A stretch of DNA of 63,427 nt, counting the filler, from Xylographa opegraphella (taxonomy: Eukaryota), in assembly GCA_022813865.1 (NCBI GenBank). It is 3 parts of 3 records of this genome, joined end to end, with 100 filler letters (N's around TTAATTAATTAA, not from the genome) between each part and the next. Parts side by side here need not be neighbours in the genome. Positions count along the whole stretch, not along the records: positions 42,670 to 63,427 come from JALDZX010000137.1; 2 more parts are not named here. One strand, written 5' to 3'. Made by a program: the position numbers and the translations under genes. Below the pieces are notes generated by a model, which was not told the DNA's origin, made no database searches, and was given only the letters and a program-made list of their open reading frames with translations. Positions 62,989-63,427 of the stretch are shown piece after piece; the stretch's first letter is position 1; each line of letters begins with the position of its first letter.

Positions 62989-63170
62989 TGTTACAGCTCA
63001 TCAACTCACCACACAAGCACGCCTAGAACGTAAGCTTTAGGTGGACGATTTCAACCCAGATTAAGATGGAGAAGCGGTGAGGCTGCTCCATGGGCGAGAC
63101 TATATACTAAGGTGCTAGTCCTGATCCAGCCCGACCCCTATTACCTGTGACTGATGTCATAGCCGTCACA
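62989..63170. mobile_element. LTR family C copy without a matching TSD
   Basis: Near-identical to 28946-29128; flanks ATTCT / ACGGG differ. Confidence 0.9.
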
Positions 63171-63364
63171 ACGGGTAAAATAAACGTTAAAAATTAAATT
63201 TCTTGTTTGCGTCCAAAAGAATTAATGAATAACTTAGAAGAATGGATTAATAAATAAATTTAATTTCCCTGTTTGTATTCAGAAAAACTAGTAAATAACG
63301 CAGAAAAGTAAATTAATAAATTAATACGAATAAATTAAAATAATTAATTAATTCTCGACCTTTA

Positions 63365-63427
63365 TGTTAAGGTTCTGGCCAATACTGTGTGGAACAAGGA
63401 TCGGAGGAACTATAGTCCGGATGCCTC
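63365..63427 (+). mobile_element. Start of LTR family B variant 2, running off the window
   Basis: tgttaaggttctggccaatactgtgtggaaca matches 54918 onward. Confidence 0.85.

Larger units (their letters stand above)
59430..63427. mobile_element. RIP-degraded repeat block, element type not identifiable
   Basis: Abrupt AT shift ~180 bp after the PPP4R2 stop codon. Confidence 0.85.

Overview
Filamentous ascomycete (Pezizomycotina) genomic DNA with a two-compartment layout. GC-balanced gene islands (1-17.9 kb, 33-41.5 kb, 55.3-59.4 kb) alternate with very AT-rich, RIP-degraded transposon blocks (17.9-33 kb, 42-55.3 kb, 59.4-63.4 kb), and there are several assembly gaps. The first two islands look accessory. 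They hold an NLR (TPR) remnant, a protein with 15 tandem SUMO-consensus sites, a spliced Cys-rich secreted peptide that the ORF track misses, an F-box protein, and a head-to-head pair of HET-domain genes with a 60-bp palindrome between them. They also hold a frameshifted large-protein pseudogene, a divergent FKBP-like relic, an intact FKBP12 with a solo LTR in an intron, and a PD-(D/E)XK-like (DUF7924-type) gene. Two arrays of one shared ~36-bp motif sit in opposite orientation 34 kb apart. The last island carries two conserved core genes: a UPF0658-type membrane protein and PP4 regulatory subunit 2. The TE blocks include a full-length chromodomain Gypsy, a full-length Copia, many solo LTRs with readable TSDs, and nested insertions. 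Family names come from motif recognition only; no database searches were run.
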